Assembly (NCBI RefSeq): GCF_001458695.1 | Contig: NZ_LN885086.1 | Coordinates: 540,001 to 572,000 of the forward strand | Source of the DNA: Candidatus Nitrospira inopinata | GTDB lineage: Bacteria > Nitrospirota > Nitrospiria > Nitrospirales > Nitrospiraceae | DNA length: 32,000 nucleotides | Direction: 5' to 3' | Shown: positions 9,021-18,800 of the stretch, piece by piece | Layout of the letters: each line of letters begins with the position of its first letter | Numbering within the stretch: the first letter of the stretch is position 1 | Notes under the pieces: generated by a model | Seen by the model: only the letters and a program-made list of their open reading frames with translations | Told to the model about the DNA's origin: nothing | Databases searched by the model: none | Position numbers and translations under genes: made by a program

Positions 9021-9367
9021 TCCTCAACCACGACCTCGTGCACCACCACCTCCGGAGCCTCCTGCCCCTGGAGCATTGTTCCACCGCAGCGGGGGCAGAG
9101 GGCCGCCCCTTCAAGGGTTCCATCCCAGCGGCAACGAGGGCACCAGCCCTTTCCATCAAATGGCCTTATTTCTACCGTCGCCCCCTCAAGCCTCGTGCCT
9201 CGTGCCGCCAATTCAAACGATGTCTGAATGGTGGAGGGCTCATGTTCCATCATATGGGAACCGAGACGCACCTTGAGCCGCACCGTCAAGGGCTTGGCTC
9301 CAGGGCTACTCGCCAACCCTGCTTCCACGGCCTTCACGACCTGTTTCATGAGGTGGAGCTCGTGCAC
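9017..9367 (-). CDS. hypA: Hydrogenase nickel-insertion protein HypA
   Basis: A GTG start at 9367 gives the canonical MHELHLMKQVV N-terminus, with GAGGAA 5 nt upstream. Zinc site CPRC-x12-CPRC. The 144-aa ORF-track version (to 9451) would add an Arg/Gly-rich extension overlapping the protease gene. Confidence 0.85.
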   Translation of the reverse strand: MHELHLMKQVVKAVEAGLASSPGAKPLTVRLKVRLGSHMMEHEPSTIQTSFELAARGTRLEGATVEIRPFDGKGWCPRCRWDGTLEGAALCPRCGGTMLQGQEAPEVVVHEVVVEE

Positions 9368-9891
9368 TGAGATTCCTCGACTTCTTGTGTGATCCGCGCA
9401 ACTACGTGCCCCACCGCCTCTTCGACCGGTTGCGACAGGGATGGTCCCCATCCTGTCTCGGCCACTTCGATCCCATAGATGATCACCCTCTCGGGCAGCC
9501 GCCCCAAGGTCCTGCCCAACTCAATCGTCTCCGCCACGCCAACACCATGGGTCGATCGACAGGTCAGGTTCCGCGCAATCGGGCCGGTCGAGGCATCCAA
9601 GCGATGGATTGTCCCTGGAGGCTTCCCGCTGGACACCGCGTCGATGAGCAGAACAACCAGCGCGCCGTCCATCAGATCGAGCAGGTCTGTTCCCGCCTGT
9701 TGAGCCTCGATGACCTGAGCCCCTTTGCCGATCTTCTCGCGGAGCCGACGCGCCGCCACAAGGCCTGCGGCATCGTCGCCGCGCCACTCGTTGCCGAGGC
9801 CGATGATGCGTACGCTCGTTCTGTCTGACAGTCGGCAGGAACGCCCGACGTCGTGCGGCATGGCATCATTGCGAAGAGCTTCGGTCATCAT
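9346..9891 (-). CDS. [NiFe]-hydrogenase large-subunit C-terminal endopeptidase (HoxW/HycI family)
   Basis: Core motif VRIIGLGNEWRGDDAAG...DAV...G..H, directly downstream of the large subunit. ATG 9891 (MMTEAL..) has GAGG 8 nt upstream and lies 13 nt after the large-subunit stop. The ORF-track TTG at 9927 and the ATG giving MPHDVG.. are alternative starts. Confidence 0.8.
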   Translation of the reverse strand: MMTEALRNDAMPHDVGRSCRLSDRTSVRIIGLGNEWRGDDAAGLVAARRLREKIGKGAQVIEAQQAGTDLLDLMDGALVVLLIDAVSSGKPPGTIHRLDASTGPIARNLTCRSTHGVGVAETIELGRTLGRLPERVIIYGIEVAETGWGPSLSQPVEEAVGHVVARITQEVEESQCTSSTS

Positions 9892-9904
9892 CCGGCCCGC
9901 CTCA

Positions 9905-11227
9905 TCAGAGATCACGCTGAAGCTCAAGCTTCAAGAAGTGGGTCGCGCAGGAGATACAGGGATCATAGCAACGGATTACCTTCTCGCAGGCCAGAGCGAT
10001 CGCGTCATCCGATTCAGTCAACAGACGAGGGAGGAACAGCCGCAGGTCCTCTTCGATTCTCCCTTGGTTTTGCGACGTGGGGGGAACGATCTTAGCCTCA
10101 CGGATTACACCGTGCTGATCGATTCGATAGCGGTGGCAGAGAATCCCGCGTGGCGCCTCGGTGCAGGCCATCCCCACGCCGGCCTTCACCGTGACCGGCA
10201 ACGAGGAAACTGGCGGTGGCTCATACAAATCGATCAGCCGTAGGGCCTCCTCCAGCGCGTAGAGCATCTCCACGGAACGGGCGACAATTCCTTGAAAGGG
10301 ATTGCGAAGCGGCAACGACAGCCCGACGTCCGCCCATACCTCCATTACCGCTGGAGGCAACCGATCACAATTGAGATTCACGCGGGCCAGGGGGCCGACC
10401 TGATAGGGAGCGCCGTGCAGCCTGCAATGGAGCGCGGTGGAATAGGGCGCCTGCTGTTCTTCACAATGCCGCTCGAACTCGTCGGCGGTAATATCAAGGC
10501 CGTGGGACGAGACGATCCGTCCCTCATTAAACGGATATTCGCGGTCATGACGCAGCGCAACGAAGGTGTAGTCGGGAACAAAATCCGGATACGAAAACGA
10601 GGCGACCCACCGGATCGTGTCGATCGCCGCGTCGCGGGCCCACAACAGCTCGTCTCTGAGCCCTTCCAATTCACGTCGGCTCGGAACACGAGAAAACCCG
10701 CCGACCTTCACCGACACAGGGTGCACGGAGCGGCCGCCCAACAGCGTCATGAGGGCGTTGCCCGCCTTCTTGATCCGCAAGCCCCTCGTCACGGCGGCCG
10801 CGTGATCTTTCGCCATTGCGATGCCGCTCTCATAACCCAGAAAATCCGGCGCGTGTAAAAGATACACGTGCAAGGCGTGGCTTTCGATCCATTCGCCGCA
10901 ATAGAGGAGCCGCCGGAGATCCCGCAGCGGCCCTTCGACGCGCAGGCCGAAGATCCGCTCGATCGCGTGGACGGCGCTCATTTGGTAGGCGACCGGACAG
11001 ATCCCACAGATTCTGGCGACAATGTCCGGCACTTCCTCATAATGCCGGCCTTGCAAAAAGGCCTCGAAGAACCGAGGCGGCTCAAAGATCTTGAGTTCGA
11101 CATCGTGCACGGCACCCTGTTTCACCGTGACCCGGAGCGCTCCTTCCCCTTCGACGCGGGCAATCGTGCCGATGGCGATCGTTCTGGTGCTGTTCGCCGG
11201 CTGGGAAACAGGGCTCTCTTCGCTCAT
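9905..11227 (-). CDS. hyhL: [NiFe]-hydrogenase large (alpha) subunit, cytoplasmic group 3b (sulfhydrogenase/NAD(P)-coupled) type
   Basis: N-terminal Ni-binding motif [11 protein letters not shown] and C-terminal DPCISCATH, followed by a 10-aa extension ([10 protein letters not shown]) that would be removed by the endopeptidase. The short ~440-aa length is typical of group 3. ATGA overlap with the small subunit at 11224-11227. Confidence 0.93.
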   Translation of the reverse strand: MSEESPVSQPANSTRTIAIGTIARVEGEGALRVTVKQGAVHDVELKIFEPPRFFEAFLQGRHYEEVPDIVARICGICPVAYQMSAVHAIERIFGLRVEGPLRDLRRLLYCGEWIESHALHVYLLHAPDFLGYESGIAMAKDHAAAVTRGLRIKKAGNALMTLLGGRSVHPVSVKVGGFSRVPSRRELEGLRDELLWARDAAIDTIRWVASFSYPDFVPDYTFVALRHDREYPFNEGRIVSSHGLDITADEFERHCEEQQAPYSTALHCRLHGAPYQVGPLARVNLNCDRLPPAVMEVWADVGLSLPLRNPFQGIVARSVEMLYALEEALRLIDLYEPPPVSSLPVTVKAGVGMACTEAPRGILCHRYRIDQHGVIREAKIVPPTSQNQGRIEEDLRLFLPRLLTESDDAIALACEKVIRCYDPCISCATHFLKLELQRDL

Positions 11228-12066
11228 GACCCCTCACTGTTCGTATGTTCAACCGCCCAGGCTTCGCTCTCGCGTCGGAACGATGCCGCAGCGCCGTTGA
11301 TACCACGAAATCGTCGCACGACTTCGATCGGGATCAGCCCAAGCCGGTCGTGGAACTGTTTGGCCAACGACGAGGTATTGGGCGGGTGACCGGCTCCCTT
11401 CACCATCCCCTCCGCCGGGCCGAAGCAACCGTAACAGTCTCGCCCCATGCTCGGACAGATCGCGCCGCACCCGCCGCTGGTCACCGGTCCCAAACAAGGC
11501 ATCCCCTTGGCCACCACCACGCACACGTTTCCTCGCCGTTTGCACTCGAGACAGACACTGTCCGTCGGGATGCGAGGCCGGACTCCCGCCAACAGATCGG
11601 TGATGACGCGCCGCAACTGGTCTTTATCAATCGGGCAGCCCCTCAGCTCGTAATCGACCTTCACATGATCGGCAATCGGCGTGCTGGTGGCGAGCGTCCG
11701 AACGAAGTCCGGCCTGGGATAAACAACCTGTTTGTACGATTCAATGTCGGCCCAGTTGCGCAGGGCCTGAATGCCCCCAGCCGTGGCGCAGGCGCCGATC
11801 GTCATCAAAACCTTGGCCTGCTCCCGCACGGCCTTGATTCGCTCCCTATCCTCTTCAGTCGTGATCGACCCCTCGACCAGGGCGATGTCGTAGGGACCTG
11901 GGTCCATGCGGCTTGACGCCTCCGGAAAGTAGGCGATATCCAGCGCCTCCCCCAAGAGGAGCAATTCGTCTTCGAGGTTCAAGATGCTTAATTGGCAACC
12001 GTCGCAGGAGGCAAACTTAAAAACCCCCAATTTTGGCTTTTGCTGTCCTTTCATCAGAAGCGCCAT
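11224..12066 (-). CDS. hyhS: [NiFe]-hydrogenase small (delta) subunit, group 3 type, no Tat signal
   Basis: Contains the NuoB-like proximal cluster motif [10 protein letters not shown], further Cys clusters (GACATAGG; [11 protein letters not shown]; [19 protein letters not shown]) and no twin-arginine leader. Confidence 0.9.
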   Translation of the reverse strand: MALLMKGQQKPKLGVFKFASCDGCQLSILNLEDELLLLGEALDIAYFPEASSRMDPGPYDIALVEGSITTEEDRERIKAVREQAKVLMTIGACATAGGIQALRNWADIESYKQVVYPRPDFVRTLATSTPIADHVKVDYELRGCPIDKDQLRRVITDLLAGVRPRIPTDSVCLECKRRGNVCVVVAKGMPCLGPVTSGGCGAICPSMGRDCYGCFGPAEGMVKGAGHPPNTSSLAKQFHDRLGLIPIEVVRRFRGINGAAASFRRESEAWAVEHTNSEGS

Positions 12067-12075
12067 CGTCCTGCC

Positions 12076-12909
12076 TCAGACCCCCGGTCGCCCCAACCAC
12101 GATTCGATCCGATCGTATCGCATCACCGGTCCATCCTTGCACACAAAATAGGGCCCCATCTGACAGTGGCCGCAGAGACCGATTCCACATTCCATATGCC
12201 GCTCAAGCGACACATACACGGACGTCGCGGGCAAGCCCCGACGAAGCAGAATCGGCACGCCCACCCGCATCATGATCTCCGGTCCGCACATCAACACGAC
12301 GGTCTGGACAGGATCTAACGACACCATCTCGAACAGCTCCGTCACCACGCCCACGTGGTAGCGCCAGAGTTTCCCTGGCCGGTCGCTCGTCAACAACACC
12401 TCCGTGTCGGGCTGTCGCCCCCACCGTTCGAACCGTTCATGAAAGACCAGATCTTCCGGCGTCTTGACTCCATGGAGGATCTTGACGGCTCCGTACTGAT
12501 TGCGCCTACGGAAAATGTATTCGATGGCGCCCACCACCGGCGCACACCCAAGGCCGCCGGTCACGATGACAAGGTCATGCCCCCGCGCTTCGTCAAGCGG
12601 CCAGCCCCTCCCAAACGGACCGCGAATCCCCAAGACATCGCCGGCCTGCAACCGTGCAACGGCATTCGTCACCCGACCCACGGCCCTGATCGTGTGGTCC
12701 AGATACTCCGGCTCATCCGGGTCCGACACGATGGAAATCGCCACTTCGCCGACCCCGAACAGAGAGACCATGTTGAACTGCCCGGCGGCGAATCGATATT
12801 GCCGCCGCTCGGCTTCATCGTTGATCCGGATCCGATAGGTGTGGATGTCGGCCGTTTCCCGCATCTTCTCCACAATCGTCGCCGCATGAATCAGGTGGGG
12901 ATTGATCAT
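12076..12909 (-). CDS. hyhG: Hydrogenase gamma subunit: PyrK/ferredoxin-NADP-reductase-like FAD/NAD(P)-binding protein with a C-terminal 2Fe-2S site
   Basis: Contains the FAD-binding R-x-Y-S-like stretch (HTIRAVGRVTNA), the NAD(P) site LVIVTGGLGCAP and the C-terminal CGIGLCGHCQ. The start is set at ATG 12909 (MINPHL..), which forms an ATGA overlap with the beta-subunit stop. The ORF-track start at 13026 would overlap hyhB by 120 nt. Confidence 0.88.
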   Translation of the reverse strand: MINPHLIHAATIVEKMRETADIHTYRIRINDEAERRQYRFAAGQFNMVSLFGVGEVAISIVSDPDEPEYLDHTIRAVGRVTNAVARLQAGDVLGIRGPFGRGWPLDEARGHDLVIVTGGLGCAPVVGAIEYIFRRRNQYGAVKILHGVKTPEDLVFHERFERWGRQPDTEVLLTSDRPGKLWRYHVGVVTELFEMVSLDPVQTVVLMCGPEIMMRVGVPILLRRGLPATSVYVSLERHMECGIGLCGHCQMGPYFVCKDGPVMRYDRIESWLGRPGV

Positions 12910-14042
12910 GGGTTGTCGGACCTCCGTGCCGCCGATCGTCCATCGGACGCCAGCAAGGCGGAGAGTTCTTCTCTCACATCGATCCCCACCGGACACCAGG
13001 TGATGCAGCGGCCGCAGCCGACACAACCGGACATGCCAAATTGGTCATGCCAGGCCGCGAACTTGTGGGTGAGCCACATCCGGTACCGGTCCTTGATCAT
13101 CGGACGGATGTTCTTGCCGTGGATATAGCCATGCTCGTGGGTAAAGCAGGAATCCCACAGTCTGGTCCGCTCCGTGTGCTGCCCATCGAGAGTCGGTGCA
13201 TCCTCGATCGTGTGGCAAAAGCAGGTGGGGCAGACCATCGTGCAGTTGGTACAGGCAAGACAACGGGCCGCGACATCATCCCACCGTGGATGGTCATAGG
13301 CGTCGTAGAGCGCCTGTGGCAAGGCTGCCTGCTCTTGAAGGCGCCCTTGGCTTTCGGCGCAGGCGCCAATTCGCTTCGACGCCTCGGCCAACAGAGTTTC
13401 GGAAGCCGGCGACACTGGCAATTCCGTCAGAACCGCCTTGCCGGCTTCGCTGCCCGCTTCGATCAACAGGACGTCATCCAGTTCCGTCAGAGCAAGATCA
13501 AATCCGTTTTGGGCACGCGGTCCCGTCTTCATGGACGAGCAGAAACAGGTCGGAAGGACCCTCGTGCAATTGACCGCAATGACGAAGAGTCCTTCACGCC
13601 GACTGGCGTAAGGGGAGTCCCGATAGGGTCCTCTCAAAAAGATCTGATCTTGGATAGCCAGCCCGGCCACATCACAGGGCCGAGCGCCCAAGAGAGCGAT
13701 CTTTTCCGGCTTGGGAAGCCGAGGATAAATCGACAATCCGCCGTTCGTACGTTCAATCTGAAGCAACGGCTCGCGCGGGGCAAAAGCGAAGGGTTTCAGC
13801 GACTGGGGCCCATGGACGATTCCGAAGATCTCGCCCGTACCGGTCTGCTCCAACCGATACCGCCCCGGTTCCTGGTGGTCTCGCCAACCGATCGGCAGAT
13901 CAGAAACTCGTGCGATGGTGTCCCACACCACCGCTCCGTCACGCAGGGTGGGGCCGACGACGCGGTGCCCTTGGGCACCCAGAAGATCGAGCAAACGTTT
14001 GAGATCGGCCGACGGAAAGGCGCCGTGGTCGCTTGAGGACAT
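12906..14042 (-). CDS. hyhB: Hydrogenase beta subunit: AsrA-like 4Fe-4S dicluster electron-transfer protein
   Basis: Two ferredoxin-type motifs, CLACTNCTMVCPTCFC and CVGCGRCITWCPVG, plus additional Cys clusters. It is the first gene of the beta-gamma-delta-alpha order typical of Pyrococcus-type sulfhydrogenase operons. GGAG lies 9 nt upstream of ATG 14042. Confidence 0.88.
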   Translation of the reverse strand: MSSSDHGAFPSADLKRLLDLLGAQGHRVVGPTLRDGAVVWDTIARVSDLPIGWRDHQEPGRYRLEQTGTGEIFGIVHGPQSLKPFAFAPREPLLQIERTNGGLSIYPRLPKPEKIALLGARPCDVAGLAIQDQIFLRGPYRDSPYASRREGLFVIAVNCTRVLPTCFCSSMKTGPRAQNGFDLALTELDDVLLIEAGSEAGKAVLTELPVSPASETLLAEASKRIGACAESQGRLQEQAALPQALYDAYDHPRWDDVAARCLACTNCTMVCPTCFCHTIEDAPTLDGQHTERTRLWDSCFTHEHGYIHGKNIRPMIKDRYRMWLTHKFAAWHDQFGMSGCVGCGRCITWCPVGIDVREELSALLASDGRSAARRSDNP

Positions 14043-14108
14043 GAGACGTGGCTCCGCTGGACCGGCCGATCAATCGCTTTCAGCATCGTACGGGCTCTGT
14101 CCTCGTCG

Positions 14109-14124
14109 TGCAAGAGCCGACCCA
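14109..14124 (-). promoter_or_regulatory. Candidate sigma54 (-24/-12) promoter for the hydrogenase operon
   Basis: The minus strand reads TGGGTCGGCTCTTGCA, against the consensus TGGCACG-N4-TTGCW. The GG and GC doublets are at exact consensus spacing and only 2 core mismatches occur. It lies about 65 nt upstream of the hyhB ATG. This is a single-site match by eye, not scored. Confidence 0.3.
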
Positions 14125-14313
14125 GCGATTCGCTAGACTTGTCTCCACCCTTTGGGGTTCGAGCCTCAGCCCGCTCACCAGACTCTGCGGTTCAACGACA
14201 AAGACCGTGGTGTGCGAGAGGAAAGAAGAAGCGGCGAGGAATCGATCGCGACTGTTCCAAGCACACGAACTGAGCGACGAGAAGACCGTCTTGATGAGAC
14301 CAGCCTGCGCCGA

Positions 14314-14598
14314 TCACCACTGGTCGTGGTAAAAGAGAAAATACCCGATCGCCACCACAATCGCTTGCAGCAGAATCAACCATCGCATGATGCCCCAGGG
14401 TGTCGTCGGCTGGGTGTCCTTCATGCGAAGGCCCGGCGTGAGGAGGATGTAGGTGGCGATCAGCTCCCGCGCGTCTTCCCGCGGAAGATTGGCTTCTTTT
14501 TGAAGGAGGGCGATCGCTTCCTGACGTTCTCCGCGCAACAGAGCATCGATGACGTTTTCGGGTAAATCGGGTCGTTGTTGCAATTGGGCGGACTTCAT
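14314..14598 (-). CDS. Small membrane protein with an N-terminal L7/L12-C-terminal-like helical motif and a C-terminal TM helix
   Basis: DLPENVIDALLRGERQEAIALLQKEANLPREDARELIATY followed by the TM helix WLILLQAIVVAIGYFLFY. It is a paralogue of the ORF at 29727-30023, with the same architecture and colinear motifs. Confidence 0.6.
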   Translation of the reverse strand: MKSAQLQQRPDLPENVIDALLRGERQEAIALLQKEANLPREDARELIATYILLTPGLRMKDTQPTTPWGIMRWLILLQAIVVAIGYFLFYHDQW

Positions 14599-14654
14599 TT
14601 GTCATCACTCTACCAGAAAAGACGGCCTTTCGTCTCCCCCCGTCCCGCCATTTT

Positions 14655-15503
14655 TTAAGAATGACGGGACTTCGCCCCAAGGAACCGAGGCCGATCCCGC
14701 ACCGAGACCATCTTGACCAGATCCCGAACCGACAGCACGCCGACGATCTTGCCGTTCTCCCTCACGGCCAGGTGGCGCACGCCCCGCTCGGCCATCACGC
14801 GGCTGGCATCACGGATCGTCCGGTTGACGTCGATGCTCAGAAGCGGCGAGCTCATCATCGAGCTGACACGAATTGTTCCTCCATCCCGATTCGAGGCCGC
14901 CCCCTTCCGAATCAAATCGCTCTCGGTGACGATCCCGACCAGCTCTCCCGCCTCGACCGTCAACAAGGAGCCGATGCGTTTGTCTCGCATCTGCCGAGCC
15001 GCTTCAAGCACGGACGCCTCGCTCCCGATCGTCGCCAGGTCGGTGGCCATCAGGACGCTGAGCGGTCGATAGACGCGATCCAGTTCGCTTACGGGACCGC
15101 CCTCCGTGTCCACGAATGATCGGACCAGATCCCGCACGGAGATCAAGCCGGCGACTTCTCCTCCCTCCACCACGCAGAGGTGGCGAATGTGATTGGTCTC
15201 CATCATATGACTGGCGTCCAACATGGTGCGATCGCTCGCGATCGTGATGATGGGGCTATTCATCACCTGATCCACCATCGTGACCGTGGGATCCGTCCCC
15301 GCGGCGATCACCTTCCGCACCACGTCCGTTTCCGTCACGATTCCGATCGGTCCTCGACCCGGCTCGCCGGACTCGACCAAGACGCAACCGACGCGCCGGA
15401 CTCCCATCCGTTCCGCCGCGAACGACACGGTCGTGTCCCGCGGAACGACCTCCAAATAGCGACGCATGAAATCCTTAATGAGTCCGCCTTCCTGTCCACT
15501 CAT
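14655..15503 (-). CDS. Stand-alone protein with four CBS domains (two Bateman modules)
   Basis: Four repeats ending GIVTETDVVRK, GLISVRDLVRS, GIVTESDLIRK and GVLSVRDLVKM. The start is set at ATG 15503 (MSGQEGG..), which has AGGAG 5 nt upstream. The ORF-track ATG 15590 has no SD. Confidence 0.85.
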   Translation of the reverse strand: MSGQEGGLIKDFMRRYLEVVPRDTTVSFAAERMGVRRVGCVLVESGEPGRGPIGIVTETDVVRKVIAAGTDPTVTMVDQVMNSPIITIASDRTMLDASHMMETNHIRHLCVVEGGEVAGLISVRDLVRSFVDTEGGPVSELDRVYRPLSVLMATDLATIGSEASVLEAARQMRDKRIGSLLTVEAGELVGIVTESDLIRKGAASNRDGGTIRVSSMMSSPLLSIDVNRTIRDASRVMAERGVRHLAVRENGKIVGVLSVRDLVKMVSVRDRPRFLGAKSRHS

Positions 15504-15805
15504 CTCCACTCCTCGCTCCCGTTGAATGGCCTCCTCCCGGCGCAAGCCGGGAACGCCTCGGCCTTCTTGCGCCTCGGCCCATTTGCCCATTTTGATGGGC
15601 CGTCACTATACCTGATTATGATGAAACTCGCACCTGAGCCCATCGGGCTATAGCCGGGCCATAGCCAAAAAATCGGCTTCTCGACGAGAAGGCAACGCGG
15701 CGATACGACGCACGTTGCGACCGCGATCGTCCTCCATCGTCCGCTCCGCAGCCGAACCGCCTTTCGGTTGAATCAACGCGGAGTGTTGGTTACTCTCTAG
15801 CGGCA

Positions 15806-18800
15806 ATGAAACCGCTCAAAATTCTCGCCGTCGCCTGCGTCGCGCTCCTGATCATACTGGCAGGCACCGTAGCCGCGATTCGCTTCTTCTTTCCTGCCGA
15901 CCAAATCCGCAAGCAATTGGAGCGCACCTTGTCGGAGCACCTTCAAGGAACCGTGCGCATCGCCGCTTTGGAATGGGAGCTGCTGCATGGCATCCGCCTC
16001 GGTAACATCGAAATAGAAAGAAACGGCGTACCCCTCGCTCGGTTTGATCGCCTGTCGCTGCGCTACCGACTCCTCCCCCTTCTTCATGGAACAGTGGCCG
16101 TCGACGAGCTGGCGCTGATCCAGGCTGACGTCTTTGTTGATCTCGCTCTTTTCCCCGCCCCATCCCAAGCGGAACCACCCCCGCGCCGCGACGAGCCGGT
16201 CGTCCTTCCGACGCTCCCCCTGTCGGTCAACATCGAATCCATCCGCATTGAACACTCTCATGTCACCATGGTCGGTCATGACGACCTCCGTCTCACCTTG
16301 CGCGACGTCACTCTGACGTCCCGCTTGCACGCCGGCCCGAAGACCGCCGACTTGTCAGGGACTCTGGATATCGCCGACATCGAAGCGTTTGTGAACCAAC
16401 ACCGGTGGCGGCTCCCTCTGCACCTCGCCTTTACCCTCTCTGTCGATTTCCCGATGGAACGACTGGTTCTTGAACGGGTGGAGATCCGGTGCGATCCCGT
16501 AATCAGTCTCGCTGCCACCGGCCGGGTCGATCATCTTGTCTCCACCCCGACTGTGACGTTTTCTGTCCAAGAAAGCCAACTCGACTTGGAGGGGCTTGTG
16601 TCATTGGCACAGCCGTTTCTCCCTCCCCCCCTCGCTGGTGCGCGGCTGGCGGGAACGATCTCTCCCTCGCTTACCATCGCCGGCTCCCAAACCGACAGGG
16701 GATTCGACGGGGCGATCCGGCTCGACATCAACGGCCGTGACATTCGCGGATCGGCGCCCTCGTTTGGACTCTCCCTTGAGTCCACGTCTTTTCAGGTGCG
16801 GACCGGCGAGATTCCCGTTCACGCCAACCGTCCCGGTCCCATCCATGCCGACCTCTCGGTCAACATGACCGGCATCACCGCGGGAGCGGCCTCCGTGCGA
16901 GACTTGGCTTTCGGCCTTCAAGCCGACCGGAGCGAGGCGGGGCGACTCGCCGCCCATGTCACCATGAAGGGTCTGGTCTCCGCCGCACTTGAGCCGGCCG
17001 GGCCACGCCTCTCGGAGCCGCTCACGCTCGACGTCGAAACATCCGGAGACGAAACGGCCTTGTCCTTCTCTTTGACCAGGGTGGAAGCGACCGTCGGCGA
17101 CCTCGTGAGTCTCGTTGCGAACGGCACCGTCGGTCCGCTGGGAGAAGCGGGCAAACAAGCACAGGAACAACGCCCCTTTTCCTTGCGCGCCGCTGTCCGA
17201 AGCGACGCCGGTAAACTGTTTCGAGCCCTACCCCCCTCGCTCCGCCAAGGGTTCGGGCTCACGGCTCATGGCGCCCCCCAAACAGCCTCGCTCAACGTAA
17301 CCGGTTCGCTTGATGCCGACTGGCGTCCGCTGCGGGCCGAGGCCACCCTATCCCTCGACGCGGCGGACCTTCACGCCGTTCACGTGGTTTCGGCAGAACA
17401 GCGGCTTGAAGGGACCTTGGACCGGCTGACCCTTGCGCTGCGGACTGCGTATCACGCCAAGAGCGAATCGCTCAAGGGAACGGTTGACGGATTGATCAGG
17501 CTCTCACACCTGCGGCAAGGAACAACCGCAACCGTTGGAACTGTCTCCGTCACGCTCAACGGCGACATCAACGGCCGCGTAGGATCGGATTTTGCCGTCC
17601 GCCGCCTCACGGCCAGCAACCGCTTGACCTCGGAAATCCGCGATGTCCGATACGAAACTCCCACGATGACCGGGACATTCAACCACCTGACCGCCTCAGC
17701 CAAGGCCCACGGAGACCTGATTGACGGCCCCTACGTGCTGAACGAGGCCCGCCTCACCGTCGGACAGTTGCTGGACGGCAGGGTCTCCGGAACATTCAAT
17801 CCTCGAACCCAACGATTTGCCTTCGACATCGCCGTTCCCTCGCTCAACGTGGCTGAAATTCAACACCACATGACAGGACCTGCCGTGGAGTCCCTTGCAG
17901 CGGTCAAACCGTCAGGACAGCTCTCGATGCGAATCGGCGGCTCAGGGACGATCCCCACGCCGGACGACGTGGCCCAACTCACCATTCCCGTCCAGGCTTC
18001 CGCGCAGGTCGCCCTCCAGCACGTGGGAGGCTCGTTCCAAGGTCATGGGATCACAGGAGCAACCGGCACGATCAGTCTATCCGTCGAACCGCCGGAACAG
18101 CAATCGACCAAGCGCCAGGTGATCACAACCTCGTGGAAGCTCAAAACAGACCGATTGGATCTTGGCGGAGACGCCCCCGTTAAACACCTCGAGAACTTGG
18201 CGCTGGCGCTGGACGGGTCGATCGAATCCTTCGACCGGCTCACCCTTGAGCGATTCGTCCTCAGCGCCGACGGGCTCGACGCCTCGATCGACACGGAATT
18301 GTCGGGGATCAAACGGTTTCTGAACAGAAAGGAAGGGGCGCCTTGGCTCGAGGGGCTGGGTCCTCTCTTCGTCAAATCCAATCTCCAGGCTACGCTCGAT
18401 CTCGACCGGTTCGCGGATGCCGTCCGATCGTTCGGCGTGGCCGGGTCCGGGCGAGCCGGGCTCGCCCTGGTCCTCAATAAAAAAGAGCGGGGGCCGCTCG
18501 ACGTGCGGGTGACGGTGCTGCCTCATCGGTTGTCCATAGCCCAAAGAGAACAGCACGTCGAGGACTTGGACGGTGCCATCGAGCTCCGCAAGGTGCTTCA
18601 GTGGATGTCGCCTTCCGACAAACAGGCTCGTGAAGCCGAGTTTCGACCGACCGGCCTCCTTCCCGACCTTCATCTCACCGCGCCGGCGCGACGGGACATT
18701 CGTATCAGATTGGTCAAGGCCGGGCCCATCGAGGTCCGCAATCTGTCAGGACACCTGTTTCTTGACCAGAATCGCCTGGTCGTTCACAACCTGGCCATGA

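Noticed and set aside
8196-9227. 343-aa plus-strand ORF, and several others at 7677-8096 and 6539-7177, antisense to hypF.
   Set aside because: These are Pro/Arg/Gly/Ser-rich low-complexity translations typical of the antisense frames of GC-rich genes. They fully overlap a gene with unambiguous HypF motifs and have no SD.
9368-9451. N-terminal extension of hypA to the ATG at 9451 (144-aa version).
   Set aside because: The extension (MGTIPVATGRRGGGARSCADHTRSRGIS) is Arg/Gly-rich and overlaps the protease gene by more than 100 nt. The GTG at 9367 gives the canonical MHELxL HypA N-terminus with an SD.
12910-13026. N-terminal extension of the gamma subunit to the start at 13026.
   Set aside because: It would overlap hyhB by 120 nt. 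The ATG at 12909 forms a classic ATGA coupling with the hyhB stop and yields a PyrK-like N-terminus.
13041-14036. 331-aa plus-strand ORF antisense to the hydrogenase beta subunit.
   Set aside because: A compositional artefact of a high-GC coding region. The opposite strand carries two canonical ferredoxin Cys motifs and operon-consistent coupling.
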